This document shows positions 19,693-29,682 of a stretch of 64,000 nucleotides of DNA, in pieces. The number at the start of each line of letters is the position of its first letter. Positions within the stretch are counted from its first letter, which is position 1. The position numbers and the translations under genes were made by a program. The notes below the pieces were generated by a model. It was given only the letters and a program-made list of their open reading frames with translations. It ran no database searches and had not been told where the DNA came from. Source of the DNA: Deltaproteobacteria bacterium (GTDB taxonomy: Bacteria; Myxococcota_A; Polyangia; Fen-1088); NCBI GenBank assembly GCA_033763315.1, contig JANRKS010000001.1, forward strand, positions 64,001 through 128,000, read 5' to 3'.

Positions 19693-21452
19693 ACAACACC
19701 GAAGGTACATGGTCGTTCGACGGCAATAAGGCCGCGCTAACAGATGTGTTTTTGCGGCTGGCCGGATTGGCTGAACAGATCGGCCTTGCCTCTACGGCAC
19801 GCGACATTCGTGATGTGCGCCTGCCAAAGTTAGAACAAGAACGTTTCTCGTTGGTTGTGTTGGGCGAGTTCAACCGCGGCAAATCCACGCTGATCAACGC
19901 TCTGATTGGTCAGCGCCTGCTGCCCGCGGCCGCCACGCCCACCACCGCCGCGCTGGCGGAACTTCGCCAAGGCGAAACGTTTTCGGCCACGGCCGTGTTC
20001 GATGACGGCACCCGCTTGGCTTTAGATCGCAGTGCGCTTGACGGTTATCTCACGGGTAAGGTGGAACCCACGCCGGCGGTGCGTGTGGATCGGATTGAGA
20101 TCGTTTTACCCGCCACAGTGTTGGCCAACAACCTCACCATCGTGGATACACCCGGCGTTAATGATCTTTCACAGCAACGCGCCGATGTGACGTATGGCTA
20201 CCTGCCGCGCGCCGACGCGATTGTGTTCTTGCTGGATGGCACCCAAGTGCTTTCTGCTTCCGAGCGACGCTTCCTGCAAGAGCGCGTGCTTAAGGCTGCG
20301 CGTGAACGGCTGATCTTCGTGGTCACCAAATGTGATCTCCTGGATGAGGCAGAGCGGGCCGATGTGATCGGTTTTGCCAAGCAAGAGCTGTTGGCTGTTG
20401 TGCCCGATCCCACGCTCATTGAAGTTTCGGCCAAGCGCGCGCTGGCGGGGGACGTGGCTGGCTCGGGCATCGAGGCGTTGCAACAAGCCATCAACCGCGT
20501 GCTTGGTGATGATCGTCAACGCGTGCTGGTGGAGCATGGCCTTGATGACGCTGCTCGTTTGTCGCGGTTCTTGCGGCAAACGCTGGGCATGCGGCAAAGC
20601 TCGCTTGAGCTTTCGGACGATGAGTTGCAAAGCAAGGTGGCACAAGCGCGCGTGCGGCTTGAAGATGGGCGTGCGGCTTTGGCACAAGCCAGCCTCACCA
20701 TCGCGGCGGAGGCATCGGCGCTTAAAGCGCGCGTCGACGCCGATCGGCGTGAGCTGGTGGAAGCTCTGTGTGCGCGGCTGCCCGGCGAAATCGAGGCGCA
20801 ATCCGCCGCTGAGGTGGAACGCTACCTGGCGCCTTTTTTAGAAGACACGTTTCGCACCTGGCTTGAGCTGCAAGGCAAGCTGGTGGCGCAGGAATTGGAA
20901 CGCATCGCCGAAGCGGCCGTTTCGGTTGCCACTGAGCGCTTGGACGCTGTTTCGCAGGACGTGGCCACGGCCTTGGGGCACGCCCGCGATACGTTGCAAG
21001 TGCCGCGGCCCACACAATCTTACGAGGCGTCTGTCTTTGCTTTGGGCGCTCTTGGCACCACGGCCTTGCTGTTTGTGAATGTGCTGGCGGGAGGCGCCTT
21101 GGCCCTGCTGACGCCGGCGCTTGCCTCGCTGGCCCGCGCCCGCGCCGCGCGATCTGCGGTAGGCCAGGCGGCGCGCAAATCACCCGAGCTTGTGCGCGGC
21201 ATCGGCGATGATCTGGGCGTACGCCTGGGCGGTGTGATCGACGACTTTGCCAACCGTCTCGACGGCTTCATTGGCGAAGCGGGCGCAAGCTTGGCCCAAG
21301 GCATCGCGGAGGTTTTGGAGCGCGCCCTCGCCGAGCGTCGCACCGGCCAGGCGCTGGCCGAACAGGAAGCCTTGCTCAAAGTCGATCGCGAGCTCAAAGG
21401 CGTCGACGAGCGGGTGATCGAGCTGCGCCAGGCGTTGTGGCGGCCGATGTAG
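19689..21452 (+). CDS. Bacterial dynamin-like GTPase
   Basis: G1 GEFNRGKST, G2 PTT, G3 DTPG, G4 TKCD, a helical stalk and a hydrophobic paddle. ATGA overlap with the upstream gene. Confidence 0.9.
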   Translation: MNNTEGTWSFDGNKAALTDVFLRLAGLAEQIGLASTARDIRDVRLPKLEQERFSLVVLGEFNRGKSTLINALIGQRLLPAAATPTTAALAELRQGETFSATAVFDDGTRLALDRSALDGYLTGKVEPTPAVRVDRIEIVLPATVLANNLTIVDTPGVNDLSQQRADVTYGYLPRADAIVFLLDGTQVLSASERRFLQERVLKAARERLIFVVTKCDLLDEAERADVIGFAKQELLAVVPDPTLIEVSAKRALAGDVAGSGIEALQQAINRVLGDDRQRVLVEHGLDDAARLSRFLRQTLGMRQSSLELSDDELQSKVAQARVRLEDGRAALAQASLTIAAEASALKARVDADRRELVEALCARLPGEIEAQSAAEVERYLAPFLEDTFRTWLELQGKLVAQELERIAEAAVSVATERLDAVSQDVATALGHARDTLQVPRPTQSYEASVFALGALGTTALLFVNVLAGGALALLTPALASLARARAARSAVGQAARKSPELVRGIGDDLGVRLGGVIDDFANRLDGFIGEAGASLAQGIAEVLERALAERRTGQALAEQEALLKVDRELKGVDERVIELRQALWRPM

Positions 21453-21501
21453 GTGTTCGCGATTTCGCGCGCGCGTGCGAATCAACCTACAATGGCGGGC
21501 T

Positions 21502-22542
21502 GTGAGCCGCGTGGACGTGCGTCTGCTTGAGCCTGCTGACGAAGCGGATTACACCGCTTTGGTCGGGCGCGCGCCGGGCTCGCCCTTTTCACACACCTGG
21601 CCGTACCGTAAGGCGCTGGCGGCCGGTGGGTATGGCTTGCCCATGTATTTCGGTGGGTTTATAGCCGGCCGAATGGAGGCGGCGTTGCCGGCGTTTGTCT
21701 TGCGATCGGAATTGGGAGGCGTGCTTAATTCGTTGCCGTTGGCGCAAAGCGCCGGCGATGTGATCGTGGATGAGGCTTTGCCACAAGATGAGGGGCACAT
21801 TATTGCCCACGAGCTACGGCAAGCTGTTTTGCAATACGCGGCTGCAAACGCCATTGACGTTTGTGTGTTCATTGCGCCACCGTTTGCGTCACCTGCCCAC
21901 GACCAAGCACAGCCCGCCGACTTCTCCGTTTTGCGCGCCACGCATGTTTTGGATTTGAGCCAACCGTTGCAGCTGCACCACGCCGCGCGCGAGGCCGTTC
22001 GCAAAGCGCAAAAGGCCACACCGACCGCGCACGTCGCGCAAACGGCCACACAAGCCCGCGCCGTATGGCAGCTTTATGCCGAAAGCATGGGGCAGCTCAA
22101 CGTTGTGCCGCGCGCTTGGCCATTTTATGAGCGCCTGTTCATTGAAGCGCCTGATCAGGCGCGGTTCGTATGGTGTGAGCTTGATGGCACGCCCACATCC
22201 GGCCTCCTGTTATTGAACCACAGTGGCGTGGTTGATTATCACTTTGTAGGCAACACGGCCTTGGGCCGCACCCACCAAACCAACAGTTGGTTATGCCTGC
22301 ATGAATTGCAACACGCACAAAGCCGTGGTGCGCGTTGGTGGAACTGGGGCGCTTCACCCACGCCGGCGGTCGCCGATTTTAAGCGACGTTGGGGTGGCAC
22401 TGACATCACGTATGCTTTGCGCGGCTATTGCACAGGTGATGTGTCGCCGTGGCGGCGTCTGCCGCCGGCTGCGTTGGCCAGGCATTTTCCAGACTATTAC
22501 GTCTTGCCTTACAGTTGGCTCACCGAACCAGAGGCTCCGTAA
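21502..22542 (+). CDS. GNAT / FemAB-like acyl- or aminoacyl-transferase
   Basis: LNSLP, REAVRKAQK, W.WG.S and DFKRRWG pattern typical of FemAB-related GNATs. Confidence 0.75.
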   Translation: MSRVDVRLLEPADEADYTALVGRAPGSPFSHTWPYRKALAAGGYGLPMYFGGFIAGRMEAALPAFVLRSELGGVLNSLPLAQSAGDVIVDEALPQDEGHIIAHELRQAVLQYAAANAIDVCVFIAPPFASPAHDQAQPADFSVLRATHVLDLSQPLQLHHAAREAVRKAQKATPTAHVAQTATQARAVWQLYAESMGQLNVVPRAWPFYERLFIEAPDQARFVWCELDGTPTSGLLLLNHSGVVDYHFVGNTALGRTHQTNSWLCLHELQHAQSRGARWWNWGASPTPAVADFKRRWGGTDITYALRGYCTGDVSPWRRLPPAALARHFPDYYVLPYSWLTEPEAP

Positions 22543-22545
22543 CAA

Positions 22546-23103
22546 ATGTCAGATCACAGCCAAGTCGTTGCACGCGTGATGTTTGATTGGGAATCGCTTG
22601 GGCCGGACGAGGTCAAACGCTTGTCGCAGCCCTTGCCACGCAAATTGTTGCGATGGCTAGGCACGCATCACCCCGACAACCGCACGCGCAAACTGTTCTT
22701 TCGCCTCACAGGCGTTCACATTGGCAAGGGCACCAACATTACCCCCGGCCTGGTGATCAACGACGGCTACAGCGGGTTGTGTTCGATCGGGGATCGCGTT
22801 TCGATTGCAACGAACGTCACCCTAGTGGCGGACTCCAATCCGAATAATTCAATCTTGGCCGAACACCCTTACGTCAAACAACACTTAATCAAAACGGCGC
22901 CTGTCATCATTGAAGACGACGCGTGGCTGGGGACCAATGCCATCGTGTTGCCGGGCGTGCGCATTGGGCGCGGCAGCATTGTGGGCGCGGGCGCTGTGGT
23001 TGTGAACGACGTGCCACCTCACACAATCGTGGCGGGTGTGCCCGCGCGCGTGGTGCGATCGCTTGGCGATGACAGCGCCGCGATTGAAAGCGACACCCAA
23101 TGA
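22546..23103 (+). CDS. Hexapeptide-repeat (LbH) acyltransferase
   Basis: PVIIEDDAWLGTNAIVLPGVRIGRGSIVGAGAVV..DVPP..IVAGVPARVV. Confidence 0.9.
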   Translation: MSDHSQVVARVMFDWESLGPDEVKRLSQPLPRKLLRWLGTHHPDNRTRKLFFRLTGVHIGKGTNITPGLVINDGYSGLCSIGDRVSIATNVTLVADSNPNNSILAEHPYVKQHLIKTAPVIIEDDAWLGTNAIVLPGVRIGRGSIVGAGAVVVNDVPPHTIVAGVPARVVRSLGDDSAAIESDTQ

Positions 23104-23807
23104 ACCAAGCTCCTAGCAGCGTGTCCATTGTGGTGATGGCGTTCAATGAATGCCAAAGCCTCGGCGAAGTTGTGCAAGAAATATCCGCAGTTTTGGATAA
23201 GCTGCCCACGGCGTCGCATGAAATTGTGATCGTGGACGATGGCAGCAGCGATGGCACGGGCGCGCGTGCCGATGAGATTGCGGCCAACAATAAACGCGTG
23301 CGTGTGGTCCACCATGTGGTCAACCAAGGCTTGGGCGGCGTTTACCGCACAGGCTTTGCGCAAGCGCGCGGCGATTTCTTGTCGTTCTTTCCCGCCGATG
23401 GCCAATTCCCGGCCGAGATCATTGAGCGCTTCTACTCAATGATGCCAACCCATGATTTGATCTTGGGATATATCCCGCGCGCCGACGCCGGCCCTGTGGC
23501 CAAGGGATTGTCGTTGGCTGAAAAGGTTTTGTACCGGGCGCTGTTTGGTCCCATGCCGCGCTACCAAGGCGTATTCATGTTGCGCCGTGAGGTGTTATCA
23601 AGAACGCCATTGCACACGCAAGGCCGTGGGTGGGGCGTGGTGATGGAGCTGGTGCTGAAGATCCACCGGGGTGGCTACCGCGTGAGCAGCGTGCTCACGC
23701 CGTTTCGGCCACGAATGGCAGGACGATCGAAGGTCAACAACGTACGCAGTGTGTGGGCCAACCTTGTGCAAGCCATGGCCATGCGGAGCAACCTTAAGCG
23801 TCGTTAA
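23100..23807 (+). CDS. GT2 glycosyltransferase, DPM-synthase-like
   Basis: AFNE, EIVIVDDGSSDGT, NQGLG, ADGQ, R..GRSK. About 235 aa, no TM. Confidence 0.88.
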   Translation: MNQAPSSVSIVVMAFNECQSLGEVVQEISAVLDKLPTASHEIVIVDDGSSDGTGARADEIAANNKRVRVVHHVVNQGLGGVYRTGFAQARGDFLSFFPADGQFPAEIIERFYSMMPTHDLILGYIPRADAGPVAKGLSLAEKVLYRALFGPMPRYQGVFMLRREVLSRTPLHTQGRGWGVVMELVLKIHRGGYRVSSVLTPFRPRMAGRSKVNNVRSVWANLVQAMAMRSNLKRR

Positions 23808-26007
23808 CGGCGGCGTTTGGCTTAAGCCGTTTGTATTGAAAAGCGAGCCACGCTTTTACATCGTGCGTGTAAAGGCGCGAGAACGGGCGCTCTGACGGGC
23901 CTCCCGCCAATATCGTCAGCGCTTCGTTTTGACTCATATCAGTGACGATTCGGTAAGACGGGGCGAAAGACGTTTCGCGGCCATACGATTTCATGATCGA
24001 TCCCTGCACGATTGTGGCGCGCACCCCAGGCAATTCAATGGGCCCATGATCAAGGCCCAGGAAGGCTGGCAATTGGCTGCCCAAAAGAATGTGCTTCATG
24101 CGTATGCGACGTTGGTGGCCCCATGTCACGCGCGGTTCATTGTCCAGCGCCGCAATGGTCGTGGCGACAATGCGTTTGAGCAAACCGTGGCGACCTTCGT
24201 CACCAAACCACGATTCATCCCCGTGCAATAACACATTGTCAAACAGCGCATAGTAGCTGCTGAGAATGTGCGTGGTTTCGCGGATGGCTTGCCACGCTTG
24301 CGCGCCGAACACGGGAGAAAACACCGCGTCCAGCAACGCACGGTAGATGGCTTCGAATACCGGCGCGCCATAGCTGCCCACGTTGTACCGCGCGTCCCAC
24401 GCCAGCAGATCTTGTCCGCGCCCCGCATGCGGCACGTAAGGGCGAATCACGTCTAGAAAATCGTGAGCCTGCAGGCTTTCGAGATCCGTTTGTATGCGCG
24501 TCATATCGTCGATGGAAAGCCGATCCACTTCGGCCAACAGCGCCTCAATGCGCCGCTTGCGGTATTCGCCACCGTGTAAGTTCACAGCGATGGGGCCACC
24601 TTCCACATTGTGCGCTCCATTGGCACTCACCAATGTCCCTGCCACAGGATCCGTCACGCGCACCAAAGCGGACGGCGGCTGCAACCCCTGCCACAGGTTT
24701 TCCGGGTGCCATGCGGGCAAAGGATAAACGCCCGAGTGCTGTCGCTTTGGAAAGAAGCCCGATTGTTGATAGCCGATGTGGCCGTCGCTGTCGGCAATGA
24801 TCCAATTGGCCGAAACGCTTACGCCGCTAAGAATGTCCTGTGTTTGCGCGACGCTTGCGCTTTGTTGCAAGCGCACGATGGCGTCCAACGATTGCGCGGC
24901 GCCTTTGTCGTGCGCGGAATAAGCCACGGCCAAGTGTAGGCCGTCGTTGCAATGGGTTGCGCCCGGCGGGGTTTCAATGAGGCCCACTGATGATCGAAAT
25001 ACGTTGACGGTAACGTCGGGCTCGCCTTTACGCTTGAGCACCTCCTGCGTGCACTGCAATGGCTCCCAGTGGCCGCCGCGGCGGCATTGGCCATCTTTGA
25101 TGTCTTCGATGAAGTAATCAATCATGTCCATGAAGCCGTAGGTGAAGCCATAAGACACGCGGCGTGTGCGACCCATCACCAAACCGGGCAATCCAGGAAT
25201 GCCAACGCCCATGCGATAGTCATTGCCCACGTGGCCAATGAACTCGTACCAGATGGCGGGCAAGCGGTTCACTTCAAGATGAGGATCATTGGCTTGCAAC
25301 GCGCCGCCGGTCTTCGAACGCGCCGCCGACACCGCCCAATTGTTGCTGGCCATCAGCCGTGGCAATGGCTGCAAGAACCGCACAGCCGCTGGCAATGTGC
25401 TGCCGTGTAAATTCGTGCGTTGCAAAAGCGCAATGATCGTTTCATCAAAGCCATCGAGGTGAGGCGAGAACAATTTGCGCAATCGTTCTGCGTTCACGCC
25501 ATTGGCCACGCTCTCAATGATCAGCTTCTCCACATCTTGCTGGCATTGGGCAAGACCGATGTACGTCATCATCTTGACCACCAGCAATGTGTGAAAGGGC
25601 TCCCACGCTTCGGGCGTATATCCTGCCAAACGAAATTCAAGCGGTCGGCCGCGTCGTGCAAGGCCAGCATTTACGCCGCGCACGTACGCAGCAAGAAGGG
25701 GGCGCGCCATATCGCTTACGTTCGCCACCTCATACCGCGCGGTGGCCGCAAAGCCTTGTTGGCGCATAAACGTATCGATGGCTAACGTTTCCTCATCTGC
25801 CTTCAAACATTCGCCCAGACGGCCCTCACCAATGAGGCGCATCATGCACAGTTGCACGCAGCGATCCCACGCATGAGCGAAGCCCAACGCGGTGGCCAAA
25901 GCCTCGTCATTATCGGCCCATAGCTGCATCACACCGTCAGCGTTGCGTGCCCATTGGAACGTAAAATGATCGACGTCGACGCGCGTGGGTTTGTTTGTGA
26001 CCTTCAC
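23794..26007 (-). CDS. Penicillin acylase family (Ntn hydrolase, S45)
   Basis: GFAHAWDR, nucleophile motif SNNWAV, ANDPHL, PAIWYE. Confidence 0.92.
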   Translation of the reverse strand: MKVTNKPTRVDVDHFTFQWARNADGVMQLWADNDEALATALGFAHAWDRCVQLCMMRLIGEGRLGECLKADEETLAIDTFMRQQGFAATARYEVANVSDMARPLLAAYVRGVNAGLARRGRPLEFRLAGYTPEAWEPFHTLLVVKMMTYIGLAQCQQDVEKLIIESVANGVNAERLRKLFSPHLDGFDETIIALLQRTNLHGSTLPAAVRFLQPLPRLMASNNWAVSAARSKTGGALQANDPHLEVNRLPAIWYEFIGHVGNDYRMGVGIPGLPGLVMGRTRRVSYGFTYGFMDMIDYFIEDIKDGQCRRGGHWEPLQCTQEVLKRKGEPDVTVNVFRSSVGLIETPPGATHCNDGLHLAVAYSAHDKGAAQSLDAIVRLQQSASVAQTQDILSGVSVSANWIIADSDGHIGYQQSGFFPKRQHSGVYPLPAWHPENLWQGLQPPSALVRVTDPVAGTLVSANGAHNVEGGPIAVNLHGGEYRKRRIEALLAEVDRLSIDDMTRIQTDLESLQAHDFLDVIRPYVPHAGRGQDLLAWDARYNVGSYGAPVFEAIYRALLDAVFSPVFGAQAWQAIRETTHILSSYYALFDNVLLHGDESWFGDEGRHGLLKRIVATTIAALDNEPRVTWGHQRRIRMKHILLGSQLPAFLGLDHGPIELPGVRATIVQGSIMKSYGRETSFAPSYRIVTDMSQNEALTILAGGPSERPFSRLYTHDVKAWLAFQYKRLKPNAAVNDA

Positions 26008-26116
26008 GCGCGCATCTTAGGCTGCGAGCCTGCCGGAACGCCACTGCTGCGAGTTGTATGCAAGGCCAGTGCCTGGCAATGCTGAGGGTGCCGTGTAAGC
26101 TCCTGCTCAAGACAAC

Positions 26117-26659
26117 ATGACACCAAGAAAACCAGACATAAAAATATGGGTGGCATTGCTGCCCGCCTTGGGTTTTGGAGTGCCTGCTTGCTCATTGCTG
26201 ACCGTGCAGCAGCAGCCATTTGCACCTTTGCAAGTGAGCGTGGCGCGTCCGCCGGCCCCGCCACCACGGGTGGTACTCACAGCATCAAGCATCACCATCG
26301 CGGAGAAGATCCAGTTTGCACTTAACAGTGCGCAGATCCTGCCTGCGTCCGATAGCTTGTTGACTGAGATCGCGGGCGTGCTCAAAGACAACCCGCAAAT
26401 TGAGGTGGTGCAGGTGGAAGGCCACACCGACAGCACCGGCACGCCTGAGCACAACAAGAAGCTGTCACAACAGCGGGCCGAAAGCGTGAAGGCCGCGATG
26501 GTGGCCCGTGGCGTGCCGGCCAAGCGGCTTGTTCCCAAGGGCTTTGGTTTGGAAAAGCCCATTGCGGATAATGCCACGGACGAAGGCCGGGAAAAAAACC
26601 GCCGTGTTGAATTCAACATTGTGAAGCAAGGGCCTAAGAAAACCCTGGTTCAGGACTAA
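26117..26659 (+). CDS. OmpA-family peptidoglycan-binding lipoprotein
   Basis: Lipobox-like VPAC, VEGHTD, N..LSQQRAESV, NRRVEF. Confidence 0.92.
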   Translation: MTPRKPDIKIWVALLPALGFGVPACSLLTVQQQPFAPLQVSVARPPAPPPRVVLTASSITIAEKIQFALNSAQILPASDSLLTEIAGVLKDNPQIEVVQVEGHTDSTGTPEHNKKLSQQRAESVKAAMVARGVPAKRLVPKGFGLEKPIADNATDEGREKNRRVEFNIVKQGPKKTLVQD

Positions 26660-26669
26660 GGACACCGCC

Positions 26670-27047
26670 ATGACATCACAGAAGAGCATTTTATTGGGGT
26701 TGGTGACGGCGGCCTTTGTGCTTGGCTCCGGCTGCGCCGGCAGTGGTTTTGACAAAGCCGTGCGTACCGATGTGGAAAGCCGGATGACCACCGCGCAGCC
26801 CAAGTTTGGCGACTGCTATGCCGAAGCGCTGAAGCGTAACCGCAAAGCCACCGGGACGGTCGTTGTGTCGTTCGTGGCCAAAGCCAACAGCGGCAAGTTC
26901 GAGGACGTCAAAGTGGTGCGCAGCGACATCGGGGATCCGCAGCTGGATAAGTGCGTGATCGATCAAATCAGCGGCCTCACCCTGGAAAAGCCGGTGAAGA
27001 ACCAGGTGCTGGTGGAATACCCGATCGCCTTTTCAGCACACGATTGA
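26670..27047 (+). CDS. AgmX/PglI C-terminal (TonB-C-like) domain lipoprotein
   Basis: Lipobox LGSGC, CY..ALKRN...G.V.V.F, LDKCV, V.YPIAF. Confidence 0.75.
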   Translation: MTSQKSILLGLVTAAFVLGSGCAGSGFDKAVRTDVESRMTTAQPKFGDCYAEALKRNRKATGTVVVSFVAKANSGKFEDVKVVRSDIGDPQLDKCVIDQISGLTLEKPVKNQVLVEYPIAFSAHD

Positions 27048-27123
27048 GCCGTGGCCAGATAAAAGCGGGGCGCTTCGCATTTATGCGAGACGTCCCGCGC
27101 GTTTTTTTGCATGATGCGTCCGT

Positions 27124-28032
27124 ATGTCAGTGACGCCCACGGTGCCATCGCCACCTATGACCATCGCCGTATTAGGAATGGGCATTATGGGCGCCCCGAT
27201 GGCCTCGCGTTTGGTTCGGGCCGGACATGACGTGGTGGTGTATTCGCGCACGAAAGCCAAGGCAGAGCCTGTGTTGGCTGCGGGCGCACGCTGGGCCGCG
27301 TCCGCGCGTGAGGCGGGGCGCCATCGGCAATTGGTGATCTCCATCGTCACCGATGGCCCCGACGTGGAGCAAGTGTTGTTGGGTGACGATGGCGCGGCCG
27401 CCGACGCCACGCCAGGAACCCTGTTTGCCGATATGAGCACGATCGCACCCGAGGCTGCGCGCCGTATTGGTGCCGCGCTCATGGCGCGGGGCCATCGCTT
27501 CATCGACGCACCGGTCACGGGCGGCGACATCGGCGCGCAGCAAGGTGCGCTTTCCATCCTCGTGGGCGGTGAGGCGGCCGACGTGCAAACCGCGCAACCC
27601 GCATTCGAGGTTTTGGGTCGTAGGATCACACACGCCGGCCCGGTAGGCGCAGGCGCCACGCTAAAGGCGTGCAACCAAATCATGGGCGCCGTGAATCTCT
27701 TGGGGGTATGTGAAGCGTTGGCGTTGGCCGATCGCAGTGGATTGGATCTTGCGCAGACTGTGCAAGCCCTAAGCTTGGGCGCAGCGGGTTCATGGGCGCT
27801 TCAGAACCTGGGGCCCAAAATCGTGGCTGGTGATTTTGCGCCTGGGTTCATGATCGATCTGCTGCAAAAAGATCTGCGCATCGTCAAAGGCGCCGCGCAT
27901 GCCTGTGGCTTGCCCGTGCCCGGCGTTGAGCTTGCACAACGGTTTTTTTCAGACAACCAAGCGCATGGTGAAGGCCGCCTTGGCACACATGCGATGTGGC
28001 ATGCATGGGAGCGTTTGCCGCGTGGAAGCTGA
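27124..28032 (+). CDS. NAD(P)-dependent oxidoreductase, beta-hydroxyacid dehydrogenase family
   Basis: GMGIMGAPMA, DMSTI, DAPVTGG, K.CNQ, F.PGF....KDL. Confidence 0.92.
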   Translation: MSVTPTVPSPPMTIAVLGMGIMGAPMASRLVRAGHDVVVYSRTKAKAEPVLAAGARWAASAREAGRHRQLVISIVTDGPDVEQVLLGDDGAAADATPGTLFADMSTIAPEAARRIGAALMARGHRFIDAPVTGGDIGAQQGALSILVGGEAADVQTAQPAFEVLGRRITHAGPVGAGATLKACNQIMGAVNLLGVCEALALADRSGLDLAQTVQALSLGAAGSWALQNLGPKIVAGDFAPGFMIDLLQKDLRIVKGAAHACGLPVPGVELAQRFFSDNQAHGEGRLGTHAMWHAWERLPRGS

Positions 28033-28675
28033 ACCCACAACGCTGGTGCTGGGCATCGATGAAGCGGGCCGCGGCCCGGCGCTTGGCCCCCTCGTGCTGG
28101 CGGCGGTGGCGCTTGAGCCTTCGGCCGCGCGCCGCCTGACCCGCGCGGGTGTCACGGATTCAAAGCGTTTCGGTGCCGGTGAAAAGGCGCATGACGCGCG
28201 CAAACAGTTATTGGGTTTGATTGAATCGGTGGCGTCGTTCATTGGCTATGCGGTTTGCGATGTGCAAACGGTGGACGAATATGTGTCGCGTGGCGCCCTC
28301 AATGAGCTTGAACGTGAGCACGCGCGTGAATTGATCGAACGCGCCCCCGCTGCCAAACGCATTGTGGCCGATGGCGCGCGCATGTTTTCACCATTGAAGA
28401 GTGAATACCCACAATTCGAGGCACACGATCAAGGCGAGTCAATGCACGCGGCCGTGGCCGCGGCCAGCATCTGCGCCAAAGTGCGCCGCGATGAACTCTT
28501 CGGCTGCATCGCCGCTCGGTATGCACACGATTTCGGGCAGCTGCGTGGTGGCGGGTATGTGAACAAAGGCACCTATGCTTTCACCCGCGTTTACTTCGAG
28601 CGCTTTGGGCACTTGCCACCTGAGGCGCGCCACAGTTGGCCTTGGGATGGCAGCCCTAAGTTGTTTCGGGTTTAA
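28022..28675 (+). CDS. rnhB: Ribonuclease HII
   Basis: GIDEAGRGP, DSK, ADG, VAAASICAKVRRD. Start reassigned to GTG 28022. Confidence 0.9.
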   Translation: MEAEPTTLVLGIDEAGRGPALGPLVLAAVALEPSAARRLTRAGVTDSKRFGAGEKAHDARKQLLGLIESVASFIGYAVCDVQTVDEYVSRGALNELEREHARELIERAPAAKRIVADGARMFSPLKSEYPQFEAHDQGESMHAAVAAASICAKVRRDELFGCIAARYAHDFGQLRGGGYVNKGTYAFTRVYFERFGHLPPEARHSWPWDGSPKLFRV

Positions 28676-29682
28676 GCGGCCAGCACAATCAGCACTTCGC
28701 TCGTCACCGTGCGTTCGGCCCAACGGGCTTTGTAATCGAGGCCCGACGATCCGAGATCATAAAACAGCACATCGGCGGGCAAACGGCGCAGCATCTCGAA
28801 CTGGCACAAGTTCCCGAGCCCCAACGCACGATAGCTTTCGTTAAAACTGGCTTGCAGACCGCGGAATGTATCGCCGAACAGGCCGCCCAATAAGAAGGCC
28901 ACGTCCTTGTCGCCTTGCTTTGCAAACAGCACATGCAACGACTGGCGGCGTGTGAGCCGCGGTACCATATTGCGATAAAAGGCGCCGAATGAGCCCGCGG
29001 CAATGCCCACGTCGTCGCGCCCCTTCCACGACGTGCACTCGACGGCCTGCACACGCGCAAACAGCGCCAACGCTTCGTCCACGTCGGTTGGCCAGTGGTG
29101 CTCGAAGGTGAGCCCCGCCTTGCGTGCCTGCACCTGCGAGCGTTGCAGGCTCCGGCGAAAGTTGCTTGAGCGGCGGCTCAAGAAGCCTTCTTGGCCTCCC
29201 ACCAAGCTGGCCAGATGCCGCGCCGACTGCGCGTGGCGCAACACGCGAAAGCGCCTGCCCAAATGATGCGCGATGTTCATCAACAGCAGTGAACCGGTGG
29301 GCACCCCCGCCAGCAGGGTTAAATCCCAGTCTTGCCGCGTGCGTTCGAGTACATCGGCGAACCACTGCACAAGGTTGCTGGTGTCGCGTCCGATCAATGG
29401 GCACGCCAGCCCCCAACTGGATTCGAGCGGCTCCAGGTAACGGCCGCTGCCTGGATGTTCACCGCGCATAAACGCAAGCCAGCCCTGGGGGCCACGCGTG
29501 ATCGCCGGGGATCGCGGCGGCATCAATTCGATCGCGGCGGGCAGCACCCAAAACGAGGATGAACAAAACTGATCGATCTCGCTGGATGCCGCCACCTCCT
29601 CATCGAACGCGTCGGCGTTCTGATCAAGTTCCGATAGATCTAAACGCAGCTCTTGCGGTAGCAACCCGGAGCCTGGTTTCAT
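28672..29682 (-). CDS. GNAT-family protein (Acetyltransf_6 / CelD-like)
   Basis: RSSNFRRSLQR, SWKG, YDLG...YKARWA. ATGA-coupled to asnB. Confidence 0.8.
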   Translation of the reverse strand: MKPGSGLLPQELRLDLSELDQNADAFDEEVAASSEIDQFCSSSFWVLPAAIELMPPRSPAITRGPQGWLAFMRGEHPGSGRYLEPLESSWGLACPLIGRDTSNLVQWFADVLERTRQDWDLTLLAGVPTGSLLLMNIAHHLGRRFRVLRHAQSARHLASLVGGQEGFLSRRSSNFRRSLQRSQVQARKAGLTFEHHWPTDVDEALALFARVQAVECTSWKGRDDVGIAAGSFGAFYRNMVPRLTRRQSLHVLFAKQGDKDVAFLLGGLFGDTFRGLQASFNESYRALGLGNLCQFEMLRRLPADVLFYDLGSSGLDYKARWAERTVTSEVLIVLAA

